Shown piece by piece: positions 38,033-48,323 of a DNA stretch of 64,000 bases. Made by a program: the position numbers and the translations under genes. The first letter of the stretch is position 1. Every line of letters starts with the position of its first letter. Location of the stretch: the NCBI GenBank assembly GCA_030390025.1, contig CM059433.1, positions 27,840,001-27,904,000 of the forward strand, in the 5' to 3' direction. The notes below the pieces were generated by a model. The model did no database searches and was not told where the DNA came from. It saw only the letters and a program-made list of their open reading frames with translations. This stretch comes from Squalus acanthias. Lineage: Eukaryota.

Positions 38033-38487
38033 TCACCCCTGTGCTCACTCACCGACACTGGCTCCCAGTTGAGCAACACCTCGATTTTAAAATTCTCATC
38101 CTTGTTTTCAAATCCCTCCATGTCCTTGCCCCATACCTTCTCCAGCCCGACAACCCTAAGAGATCTTTGCGCTGCTCTAATTCTGGCCTCTTGCACATCC
38201 CCGATTTTAATCGCTCCACCATTGGTGGCTGTGCCTTCAGCTGCCGAGGCCCTAAGCTCTGGAATTCCCTCCTTAAATCTCTCCGACTTTCTACCTCTCT
38301 TTCCTCCATTAAGATGCTCCTTAAAATCTACCTCTTTGACCAAGCTTTAGGTCATCTGCCCCAATATCTGCTTATGTGGCTCGGTGTCAAATTTTGTTTG
38401 ATTACGCTCCTGTGAAGCGCCTTGGGACGTTTTTCTACTTTAAAAGGCGCTATATAAATGCAAGTTGTTGCTGTTGTTGTTGTTGTT
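38033..38487 (+). mobile_element. L2 LINE 3' fragment
   Basis: ITPVL...HWLPV...FKILILVFK...LWNSL and a (GTT)n tail. Confidence 0.9.
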
Positions 38488-38721
38488 AACTGTGGAGGTT
38501 AATGACAGAGGCCCATGTAGGGCCTGCGCACCATCATGGCTCGAGATAGACCAACCAGTTGACTTGACTATAGGGCTACGGATTGCAGATTGCCCCTATT
38601 TTTAGTATAGAGACTTCAAGTAATGTTGGTAAAAGAACAAATTCAACATCCTTCACAGAAGCACGTTAAAGACAATTTTGTTATGCATCATGCTAACTGT
38701 CCACAATCAAACTACTCAAAC

Positions 38722-38955
38722 CTTCTGATCATCCTGTTCTAATCTGGTCTGTAACTGAAGATTCAAAGCCTCCACACGTGCTGACAATTTTTCCATCACA
38801 GTTTTAAAAGATGTCTGGGTGCTATTCAAGAACTTGAGCAGTTTCCTGTTCTCCTGAGGAGAAAGATCCAGCGCGTGCTCCGAAATGAAGAACTGTATGT
38901 CAAATGCAGTGGCATCCAATTGAATTTTAACATCTGTGAAGGTTTTTTCTAATTC
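38722..38955 (-). CDS. MACF1: MACF1b-type exon, 234 bp, phase 0-0 (ELEKTFTDVKIQLDATAFDIQFFISEHALDLSPQ...DDQK)
   Basis: ttttgcag acceptor, AAG|GTTTGA donor; conserved AFDIQFFISEHA motif. Confidence 0.92.
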
Positions 38956-39023
38956 CTGCAAAAAGAGGGAAATAGCATCAATGATCACATCACTCCACAG
39001 AGTAATCAAATACAAAATTCATT

Positions 39024-39773
39024 GGCCTGGATTTTGCAGTAAGAATAACAGTGAGGCTATTGGCGCGCGCCACTATTAAAGAGTAAATCGGACAGCAACT
39101 TCCTGCGTCCATACATGCACAGTTAAGTGTGGAAATCAGGACGTTGCTGTCCGATTTGCCCTGCTCCTTCAGAAGCTTTGCTACACCGGTACCTCACCGA
39201 GAGACTCGGCATTGAAATACATGGAAGGGCAGGAAGTTACAGTACTTACCACTAGTTACCCACTAAATACGCCAGAAAAAGTTAAGGCTTATCCACTCAA
39301 GTGTAAGCAAATTTTTAACAGCATGATAAGTCTTAATTACTGCCAAACAACCTCTCTGGCACTGAAAATTAACTTTTACAAGTGTGGAGTCTCACTCCTT
39401 CAGATTTTAATTAATGTTGGAGATTTTTTTTTAAACTTTTCATGTGCCTCTTTTATCTCTCTCGCTCAATCCCATCTTTCTTTCCCTCTCTATTTCGCTT
39501 TCTCTACAAGATTAGGCATTGAATTAACTATTCTAGCTTACACTTCCTGGTTGAGACTGCATGTCGCAATAAGGATTCTTCAACGGTTAAGGAGACACGC
39601 CGTTACCTGCCCTGTTCACACAGGTCCCAGATTCCCTGTAGAGGGCGCTGCGCTGTTTAGACTCTCTAATTACCACAAGTCTCAGTGTAAAAGCCCACAC
39701 AAAGTCTGTGGGCAAGTGCAGGTGTAATGAACAGCGAGCACCGTTCGTTCACCGCTGACTGCAAAATCGAGCC
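39024..39773. mobile_element. TIR-bounded non-autonomous DNA element of about 750 bp (possibly PIF/Harbinger-like)
   Basis: Ends ggcctggattttgcagt and actgcaaaatcgagcc are imperfect inverted repeats, flanked by att and aat; no transposase ORF. Confidence 0.55.
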
Positions 39774-40469
39774 AATATCTTTTATAAAGAAGCTCACACA
39801 CATGAAAGGACAATTCTTTGCCAAAAATATAAACCAAAATATCAGAATTAATTTAATTTCAGAAGAGTGGGTTGAGTCTGTCCAAAGTTCATACATTCCA
39901 CTCTGTGGGATATAAGTGCAATGGAAACAATTCGATACGAGCCATACAGAGAACATTATAGCAGAAACTTCCTTACTCACGCAAGCATATTAAGTAGGCT
40001 TGTTTCAAAAATAACGCACGCCAAATCTACTCTCTCTACTGCCAGTTACTTAATTAATCTAACGGATTCAGCAAATTAACTCTTTCAGCTCTGGTAAATT
40101 TGGTGCCAAAAAGCTGATATAACAGCAGGAACAATTCCATTTAATATCTATTCCAGCCAAGACACATCACAGATCAGTTTTGACGTTTTTCTACTGTTAT
40201 TATTCAACATGTTTGTGGGTAAAACTGTACCTACAGCATTAAGAATTAAATTTAACTGCTGGGGAGTGTTAGGTGCCAGCACAAGTTGGTAGGCTTTCAG
40301 ATCAAATTCTCATTTTCAGTCAGATTTAACACGGCGTATTTGAAATTTGTACTGGACTGTGATCGAATACATCTGAGTGAAAGTATCTACAGATGTACAA
40401 ACACAGTTCATGGAAGACAATTTAGTCAGAACTAAATGGAACAAACTCCAATCAAGAGAATTACTTTTG

Positions 40470-40930
40470 TGTCAGCCCTTGGTCAGTGGGTAGCACTCTC
40501 ACCTCAGAGTCAGAAAGCTTTGGGTTCAAGTCGCGCTCTTGAGACTTGAGCAGAAAATCTAGGCTGATACTCCCAGTGCAGGGAGTGCTACACTGTTGGA
40601 GGTGCCGTCTTTCGGATGGGATGTTAAACCGAGGCCCCACCTGCCCACTCAGGTGGATGAAAAAGATCCCATAGCACTATTTCGAAAAAGAGCAGGGGAG
40701 TTCTCCCCGGTGTCCTGGCCAATATTTATCCCTCAACCAACATCCCTAACAAACAGATTACCTGGTCATTATCACATTGCTGTTTGTGGGACCTTACTGC
40801 TCGCAAATTGGCTGCTGGGTTTCCTACATTACAACTGTGACTACACTTCAAAAGTACTTCATTGGCTGTAAAGCGCTTTGGGAAATTCTGTGGTGGTGAA
40901 AGGCGCTATATAAATGCAAGTTCTTTCTTT
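40470..40930 (+). mobile_element. Near full-length SacSINE1/DeuSINE-like SINE
   Basis: tRNA-like head (cagtgggtagcact...gggttcaagtc), Deu-like core ggaggtgccgtctttcggatg...gttaaaccgaggccc, L2-like tail aaggcgctatataaatgcaag. Confidence 0.85.
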
Positions 40931-41825
40931 TTTCAATAAGACTCTTAAAACATGGCCTGTGTCGAGGGGGCCAGCCAAATAGGGGGCCCCAGTAAAAATC
41001 ACCGTAACACGGAAAAACTGCTGGATTTGTTCAATTAAAGTTTAATATTGCGATATGAGCTGGATTAAGAATTCTTGGGGGACCCTGGGCATCTAGAACT
41101 CTTGAGGCTCCTCAGCACACCCCCACCCCTACGCAAACTCTCTCATCCCATCCACTAAAGCCCAAATGTGTAGTAAAATGCAGGAAGAAATAGGCCTGCT
41201 GAACGTTTACACACTGCGTTAATAATAAAGCAAATCGTATCTGTTTTAGTGATATTGATCGAGAGAGAAATATTGGCCAAGATACCGTGGAGAAATCCCC
41301 AGCTCTTCTTCGACATAGTGCCCTGGGATCTTTTACGTCCACCTGAGAAGGCAGACGGGGCCTCGGTTTAACGTCTCATCTGAAAGACCGAGCAAATGGT
41401 TTTGATCAATGGCCCAAGGAATTAGAGTTAAATTGCCCGAACATTTCTCACATTGGACTATTACAGGCATCCGAGAGATTCAACTTTAGCCCCGTCAGAC
41501 AGGACTGATTTCAAAGCAGGTTCCAGCGGTGAAAAGACAGTGCTAATCCACATCACTTAGCAACCTTATCACTGCTTTTCTTGCAGATGTCCAATTCTCT
41601 TGCAGCTAAATGCTCAATCCCAGAGATGGAAAGGTCACATCTTTCAATGCGTCTTTTTGTCTGCTTACGCTCCTGTGAAGCACCTTGGGACGTTTTACTA
41701 TATTAAATACGCTATATAAATGTAAGATGTTGTTACTTCGAAATTTAAAAAATGATCACTCTCATTAAATTCTAGTGTGAATACAACCATTTCCCAGCAT
41801 TCTTGGAACTGTCAGCAACACTTGC

Positions 41826-41975
41826 CTTGTGCTGTTGTATACAGCATTGGAGCCCTTCCAAATCACCAGCAGTGTCGGCGTGCAGCGTTTCCAAGATGAC
41901 GGTATTTTCTTTGATGTGACCAGAAAGCCGCTCTAGTGCGGCAATGAGTTCCTGATGTGACGATTTGATCTTCAA
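41826..41975 (-). CDS. MACF1: MACF1b-type exon, 150 bp, phase 0-0, with GC donor (LKIKSSHQELIAAL...CIQQHK)
   Basis: tag acceptor at the start of ORF 41772..41975; ends at AAG|GCAAGT. Confidence 0.8.
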
Positions 41976-42342
41976 CTAGTGAAAACGAGCACAGAACTTT
42001 TAACCAGTTTGTAGTAGTCATAGAACGATACAGCAGAGGAGGCCGTTGTTAAAACGGGCAATCGCCGATAACGGCCAAAACGCAAAAACCATTAACCATT
42101 TGCATTAACGTCAGTTTCAAAGTTCCGGGTAATAACATCTTTAAGTGCTCTGTTTATTTCGGGCAGAAACAGCTGGAGGCCAGTTTTTTATGGGAAAGTG
42201 GTTGATGTCAGCATACAATATGATCAGGAACAAACTCACAGCTACAGCACACAAGTGCAATTCCACCAGCTATTGTTATATCAACATGTAATGCTTAGCA
42301 AGGAATACTGAATACAAAATAGGCCTTCGTATACAGGGCATA

Positions 42343-43170
42343 CATAAGAACGTAAGAATTAGGAGCAGGAGTAGGCCACACGGCCCTTCGAGCCTGTTCC
42401 GCCATTCAATAAGATCATGGCTGATCTTCAAACTCAACTTCACTTTCCCATCCAAACCCCATATCCCTTGATTCCCCTAGAGTCCAAAAATCTATCTATC
42501 TCAGCCTTGAATATACTCAACAACTCAGCACCCACAGCCCTTTGGGGCAGAGAATTCCAAAGATTCACAACAATCCGAGTGAAGAAATTCCTCTTCATCT
42601 CAGATTTAAATGGCCTACCCCTTATCCTGAGACTATGCCCCCTAGTTCTAGACTCTCCAGCCAGGGGAAACAACCTCTCAGCATCTACCCTGTCAATCCC
42701 CTTCAGAATCTTGTATGCTTCAATGAGATCACCTCTCATCTTCTAAAATACAGAGAATATAGGCCCAATCTACTCAATCTCTCCTCATAGGACAACCCTC
42801 GCATCCCAGGGATCAATTTAGAGAACCTTCGTTGCACCGCCTCTAAGGCAAGTATATCCTTCCTCAGATAAGGAGACCAAAACTGTGCACAGTACTCCAG
42901 GTGCAGTCTCACCAAAGCTCTGTACAATTGGAGTAAGCATTCCTTACTCTTGTACTCCAAACCCCTTGCAATAAAGGGCGTAGGAACAGGAGTAAGCCAT
43001 TTAGTCCCTCATGCCTTCTCCGCCATTTCATCAGATCATGGTGGATCTGTACCTCAACTCCATTCACCTGCCTCAGCTCCATATCCCTCGATACCTTTAC
43101 CTAACTAAAGTCTATCTAACTCAGTCCTGAAAGCTTCAACTGTCCCCCAGCATCCACAGCCTTTTGGGGG
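42343..43170 (-). mobile_element. Two adjacent CR1 3' fragments (about 42343-42978 and 42980-43170)
   Basis: ORFs 42736..42960 and 42440..42739 (LEYCAQFWSP, RGDLIEAYK), then a second 3' UTR. Confidence 0.88.
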
Positions 43171-43357
43171 CGAGATTATAGTATTTACAGAGGGTACCCG
43201 GAGAGCGTGTCAGTATACAGATCAAGATCAATAAAATAAAATGCTACTTTAATTTTTGGAAATAATGTAGAAATTCTAAAATTGTGAAAGTGCTCATTTT
43301 CACGTTATAAAAGAGAGACAATTGTTTCTAAAATACATATAAAACAATACAACGCAC

Positions 43358-43564
43358 CTGCTCTATTTCAATGGCACATACCAGGGCCTCAACCCTGCTC
43401 GAACAAATCTCAACTATGTCCCCGAGAGATGCTTGTAAATCTTTACAGTCAGTTTCCAAGTTCTTCAATATCGGTTCATCAGGATCCAGGTGAACCTTCT
43501 CCAGAAATTCCTCTGTTGCTCTCAGATCGCATGTTACTGCCTCCTCCAGCTCGCACTTTAATAA
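43358..43564 (-). CDS. MACF1: MACF1b-type exon, 207 bp, phase 0-0 (LLKCELEEAV...LKNLETDCKDLQASL...AIEIEQ)
   Basis: ttttcag acceptor, CAG|GTGCGT donor; manual translation is open and recalls the LKALEKDAKNLQKSL segment of MACF1b. Confidence 0.82.
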
Positions 43565-43699
43565 CTGAAAAATGTAGGTTTACGATTAACTATTCCAGCA
43601 GCCCGATGGAGCTTACTTATGTGCAGTACAACATCTGGGTCTTATCAAAATATATTCAACAGGCACATCAAAAATTAAATGTAAATGGGACAAGGAAAT

Positions 43700-43930
43700 A
43701 AAAAGACAAGAGGAAAGAGCACAGGAGAGAGCGAGAGCAAGAGAGAGGGGGGGAGGGAGGGGGAGGGAGGGGGAGGGAGGGGGAGGGAGGGAGCTGGAGC
43801 CGGGAGCCGGGTGGAGCGGGAGCGGGGTGGAGCGGTGCGGGAGCCGGGGGAAGCGGGAGCCGGAGCCGGAGCCGGAGCCGGAGAGAGCGAGGGAGGGCAG
43901 AGGCACACAGACAGAGAGAAAAAGAAAAGA
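43700..43930. repeat. G/A-rich low-complexity tract with (GGGA)n and (GGAGCC)n
   Basis: Read directly from the sequence. Confidence 0.9.
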
Positions 43931-43969
43931 AATAACTTGCATTTCTATAGCACCTTTTAAAATGACATA

Positions 43970-44350
43970 GCACGTACAGCACAGAAACAAGCCATTCGGC
44001 CCAACAGGTCTCTGCCAGTGTGTATGCTTCACACGAGCCTCCTCCCACTCCTCTTGGTCTAACCCCATCAACATGTCTTTCGATTCTTTTTCCCCTCATG
44101 TGCTTATCTAGCTTCTCCTTAAATGCATCTATGAGATTGGCCTCCATTACTCCCTGTGGGAGCGAGTTCCACATTCTCACCACTCTCTGGGTAAAGAAGT
44201 TTCTCCTGAATTCCCTATTGGATTTATTCGTGACTACCTTATATTTATGGCCCCTAGCTTTCATCTCCCCTACAAGTGGAAACATCTTCTCTACATTTAC
44301 CCCATCGAACCCCCATAATAAGTTTAAAGGCCTCTATTAGGTCACCCCTC
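43970..44350 (-). mobile_element. CR1 3' fragment
   Basis: RGHKYK...RRNFFTQRVVRMWNSLP in ORF 43668..44285. Confidence 0.85.
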
Positions 44351-44519
44351 ATCTTTGTTTAAGCGGTAACGGATGTGATCTAACAATCCAGTACAACAGT
44401 TCAAAGTAACAGTGGAATTATTGCTGTGCGACATCAGATGGGGGTGGTGGGGGGGGGGGGGAAGTTCTCTTCAGGTACTCCCTAATAAAAGGGAATTCAA
44501 AAGTCTTCTGTAGGCATAT

Positions 44520-46232
44520 AAATAATAAACGGGTAGTAAATAATAAGAGGCGAAGTGGGTCAGATTCGGGACCAAAAAAGGAGACCTACTCATGGAGCCA
44601 GAGGGCAATGGCTGAGGTACAAAATGAGTATTTTGCATCTGTCTTCACCAAGGAAGAAGATGCTGAAAAAGTCACAGCGAAAAAGGAGGTATTGGAGATA
44701 CTGGTGAGATAAAAATTGATAAAGAGGAGGCACTAGAAAGGCTGCTGTACTTAAAGTCGATAAGTCACCAAGACCGGATGGAATGCATCCTAGGATGCTG
44801 AGGGAGGTTAAGGAGGAAATCACAGAGGTACTGGCCATAATCTTCCAATCCTCCTTAGATACAGGCGGTGGTGCCAGAGGACTGGACAATTGAAAATTTT
44901 ACACCCTTGTTCAAAAAAGGGTGCAAGGATAAACCCAGCAACTGCAGGCCAGTCAGTTTAACCTCGGTAGTAGGGAAACTTTTAGAAATGATAATCAGGG
45001 ACAAAGTTAACAGTCACTTGGACAAGTGTGGATTAATTAAGGAAAGCCAGCATGGATTTGTTAAAGGCAAATCAACTAACTTGATCGAATTTTTTGATGA
45101 GGTAGCAGAGAAGGTTGATGAGGGTAATGCAGTTGACTTGGTGTATATGGATTGCCAAAAGGTGTTAAGTACCACATAATAAGCTTGCCAGTGACAGGCT
45201 AAGTGGCATGAAACAGAGAGTAGTGGCGAACAGTTGTTTTTCGGACTGGAGGAAGGTATACAGTGGTGTTCCCCAGGGGTCGGTACTAGGACCACTGCTT
45301 TTCTTGATATATATTAATGACTTAGATTTGGGTGTACAAGGCACAATTTCAAAATTTGCAGATGACACAAAACTTGGAAGTATACAACAGTGAGGAGAAT
45401 AGTGATAGACTTCAAGACATAGACAGGCTGGTGAAATTTAACGCAGAAAAGTGTGAAGTGATACATTTTGGTAGGAAGAATGAGGAGAAGCAATATAAAC
45501 TAAAGGGTACAATCCTAAAGGGTTTGCATGAAGAGAGAGACCTGGGGGTATATGTGCACAAATCGCTGAAGGTGGCAGGGCAGGCGAAAAAGCAGTTAAA
45601 AAAGCATACGGGATACTGAGCTTCATAAATAGAGGCAGAGTACAAAAGGAAGGAAGTCATGATGAAACTGTATAAAACACTGGTTTGGCCTCAACTGGAG
45701 TATTGTGTCCAATTCTGGGCACCGCACTTTAGGAAGGATGTGAAGGCCTTAGAGAGGGTGCAGAAAAGTTTTACGAGAATGATTCCAGGGTTGAGGGACT
45801 TCAGTTACGTGGATAGACTAGAGAAGCTGGGGTTGTTCTCCTTAGAGCAGAGAAGGTTGAGGGGCGATTTGATAGAGGTCAAAATCATGAGGGGTCTGGA
45901 CAGAGTAGAGAGAAACTGTTCCCATTGGCGGAAGGGTCGAGGACACAGATTTAAGTAATTGGCAAAAGAACCAAAGGTGACATGGGGAGATACTTTTTTT
46001 ACGCAGCGAGTGGTTAGGATCTGGAATGCACTGCCTGAAAGGGTGGTGGAGGCAGATTCAATCACAGCTTTCAAAGGGGAATTGGATAAGTACCTGAAGG
46101 AAAAAAATTTGTAGGGCTACGGGGAAAGGGCGGGGGAGTAGGACTAGCTGAAGTGCTCTTGCAGAGAGCTGGCACAGGCTCGACGGGCCGAATGACCTCC
46201 TTCTGTGCTGTAACCATTCTATGATTCTATTC
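44520..46232 (+). mobile_element. Decayed CR1 LINE ORF2 plus 3' UTR
   Basis: [28 protein letters not shown] and LEYCVQFWAP across several frames; attctatgattcta tail. Confidence 0.93.
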
Positions 46233-46319
46233 TATACTCCTGAAGCCTGTGCTCAATGGGTCTGATAATGTAACCCCAGTCACGTAGTGTCACGACCGCT
46301 GCTCCACAGGCACCATAAA

Positions 46320-46797
46320 ATCTTATAGTACAGAAGGAGGTCATTCGGCCCATCGTGCCTGTGCCGGCTCTTTGAAAGAGCTCTCCAATTAGTCCACTGC
46401 CCCTTCCCCATAGCCCTGCATTTTTTTTCCCTTTTCAGGTATTTATCCAATTCCCTTTTGAAAGTTACTATTGAATCTGCTTCCACCACCCTTCCAGGCA
46501 TGCATTCCAGATCAAAACAACTCACTGAATAAAAATTCATGTAATCTCCCCCCTGGTTCTTTTGCCAGTCATTTTAAATCTATGTCCTCTGGTTACCAAC
46601 CTACCTGCCGGTGGAAAGTTTCTCCCCTATTTACTCCATCAAAACCTCTCCATTTCGAACACCTCTGTTAAATCTCCCCTTAACATTCTCTGCTCTAACG
46701 AGAACAATCCCAGCTTCTCCAGTTTCTCCACATAACTGAAGTCCCGCATCGCTGGTACCACTCTGGTAAATCTCCTCTGCACCCTCTCCAAGGCAAT
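46320..46797 (-). mobile_element. CR1 3' fragment, inverted relative to the preceding copy
   Basis: ALERVQRRFTRV...RGDL in ORF 46639..46848, plus 3' UTR. Confidence 0.88.
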
Positions 46798-46936
46798 CCT
46801 ATTGCATTGCGCACTTATGTTGCATAAATGTATTCTTAAAAGGATCACAACTTCTCTCAGTTGTGATTTTTAATTTAAAAAAGTTAGTTGTGCTTTGAAT
46901 TCAGTGAGCTTGATCCATATGAAATAGATTACTTAC

Positions 46937-47086
46937 TTTATGATAATCTAGTTGTTCTTGAAGGATTTCCAGGTCCCTGTCAACAGGCTGCAGACTCTCA
47001 AGTTGAATTTTCCTATCTTGGAGCAATGTCAAGTAAGCTCGCAGTTTCTCTCTACGTTGAAAACACTGCTGTACAATATCACCCGG
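46937..47086 (-). CDS. MACF1: MACF1b-type exon, 150 bp, phase 0-0 (PGDIVQQCFQRREKL...QLDYHK)
   Basis: cag acceptor, AAA|GTAAGT donor; helical spectrin-like sequence within ORF 46901..47110. Confidence 0.85.
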
Positions 47087-48323
47087 CTGCAATGAAAACC
47101 CAATTAACACTATTTTAGTTTTGGCCTAAATCTTTGCAATGTTGTGAAGAAACAGTATGCTTCCAAGATTAACTTTAAAACCGGGCAATTTTAGCAGACT
47201 GAATTTTCATGCTACTATTGATTCTTGATATAAACATCAACAATATTTGTTACAAAATAATATTTGACACAAAATGCACCAAAATAAAGCCACATGAAAA
47301 CTTTTAATTTACGGTCTAAGGCCATTAATCTGAAATTACAATTTCCATCCTTTGTATCAAGCCCAAAATAATGCGCTAAGTGGCAGGACTGAGATAGTTA
47401 TTTGCTTTTAACTTAATGGCTAGAAAAGACAAAAACACAAGAATTGAACTCAAATAAATTGAGTACTCAAATGGTTTCATCCCTCAAAGTACCTGAATAA
47501 GGTCCGTTTAATTGACCATTCAGCCCCAGAGGGTGAAAAAATGTAATGATTCATTTACCGACACAACATAGATACAGGAGTAGGCTCTTCAGCCCCTCGA
47601 GACTGTTCCACCAGTCAATTAGATCATGGCTGATCTGCATCTTACCACAGTTTACCTGCCTTGGTTGTGTAACCCTTACCTAACAAAAATCGATCAATCT
47701 CAGTTTTGAAATTTTCAATTGACCCCCAGCCTCAACAGCTTTTGGGGGAGAGAGTTCCAGATTTCCACTGCCCTTTGTGTGAAGAAGTGCTTCCTGACAT
47801 CACCCCTGAATGGCCTCGCTCTAATTTTGATTACAACCTTCTCCTACATGGCTTCATTCAGAAAAAAAATTGGTTTGTAAACACTAATGTTTCACTACAA
47901 ACATCAACAGCAGTTTACCCAAAAAGCCCTTGGTGGAATACAAGAGAACATGGTCGACAGATATTGTCCCACGATTGATTAACAAGGGCAACAATTTGGA
48001 ATGCTGTACGATAGCATGATGGATCTACCAAGGACCTTCTTAAACTACAAAATCTACAAAGAACTAATTCAACATTACTGCTAAAATGCATTGAGGATAG
48101 GGTATACAATGTTGACTAGCACTGCAGTATGTCAGTAAACCATTTTAAATAATCTATCGATAGTATGAAAACTTTCCTACTATATTGCCTAATTGGCGTC
48201 AGCCCTGTTTTATGAGGAGGAATGATTTTAATAAAGATGTGGACAATATTATGATTCAACTAATTCCTGGTTTTGTGCTTTTACAATTGAATTGCATGGA
48301 GGCACACTTCAAGGATTACTAAC

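Noticed and set aside
43613..44074. Pro/Gly/Ser-rich ORFs
   Set aside because: They derive from the low-complexity G-rich tract and the adjacent CR1 fragment.
3105..46232. Reverse-transcriptase ORFs as host genes or a retron/DGR-like system
   Set aside because: All are 5'-truncated, frameshifted CR1, L2 or RTE LINE copies with typical 3' tails.
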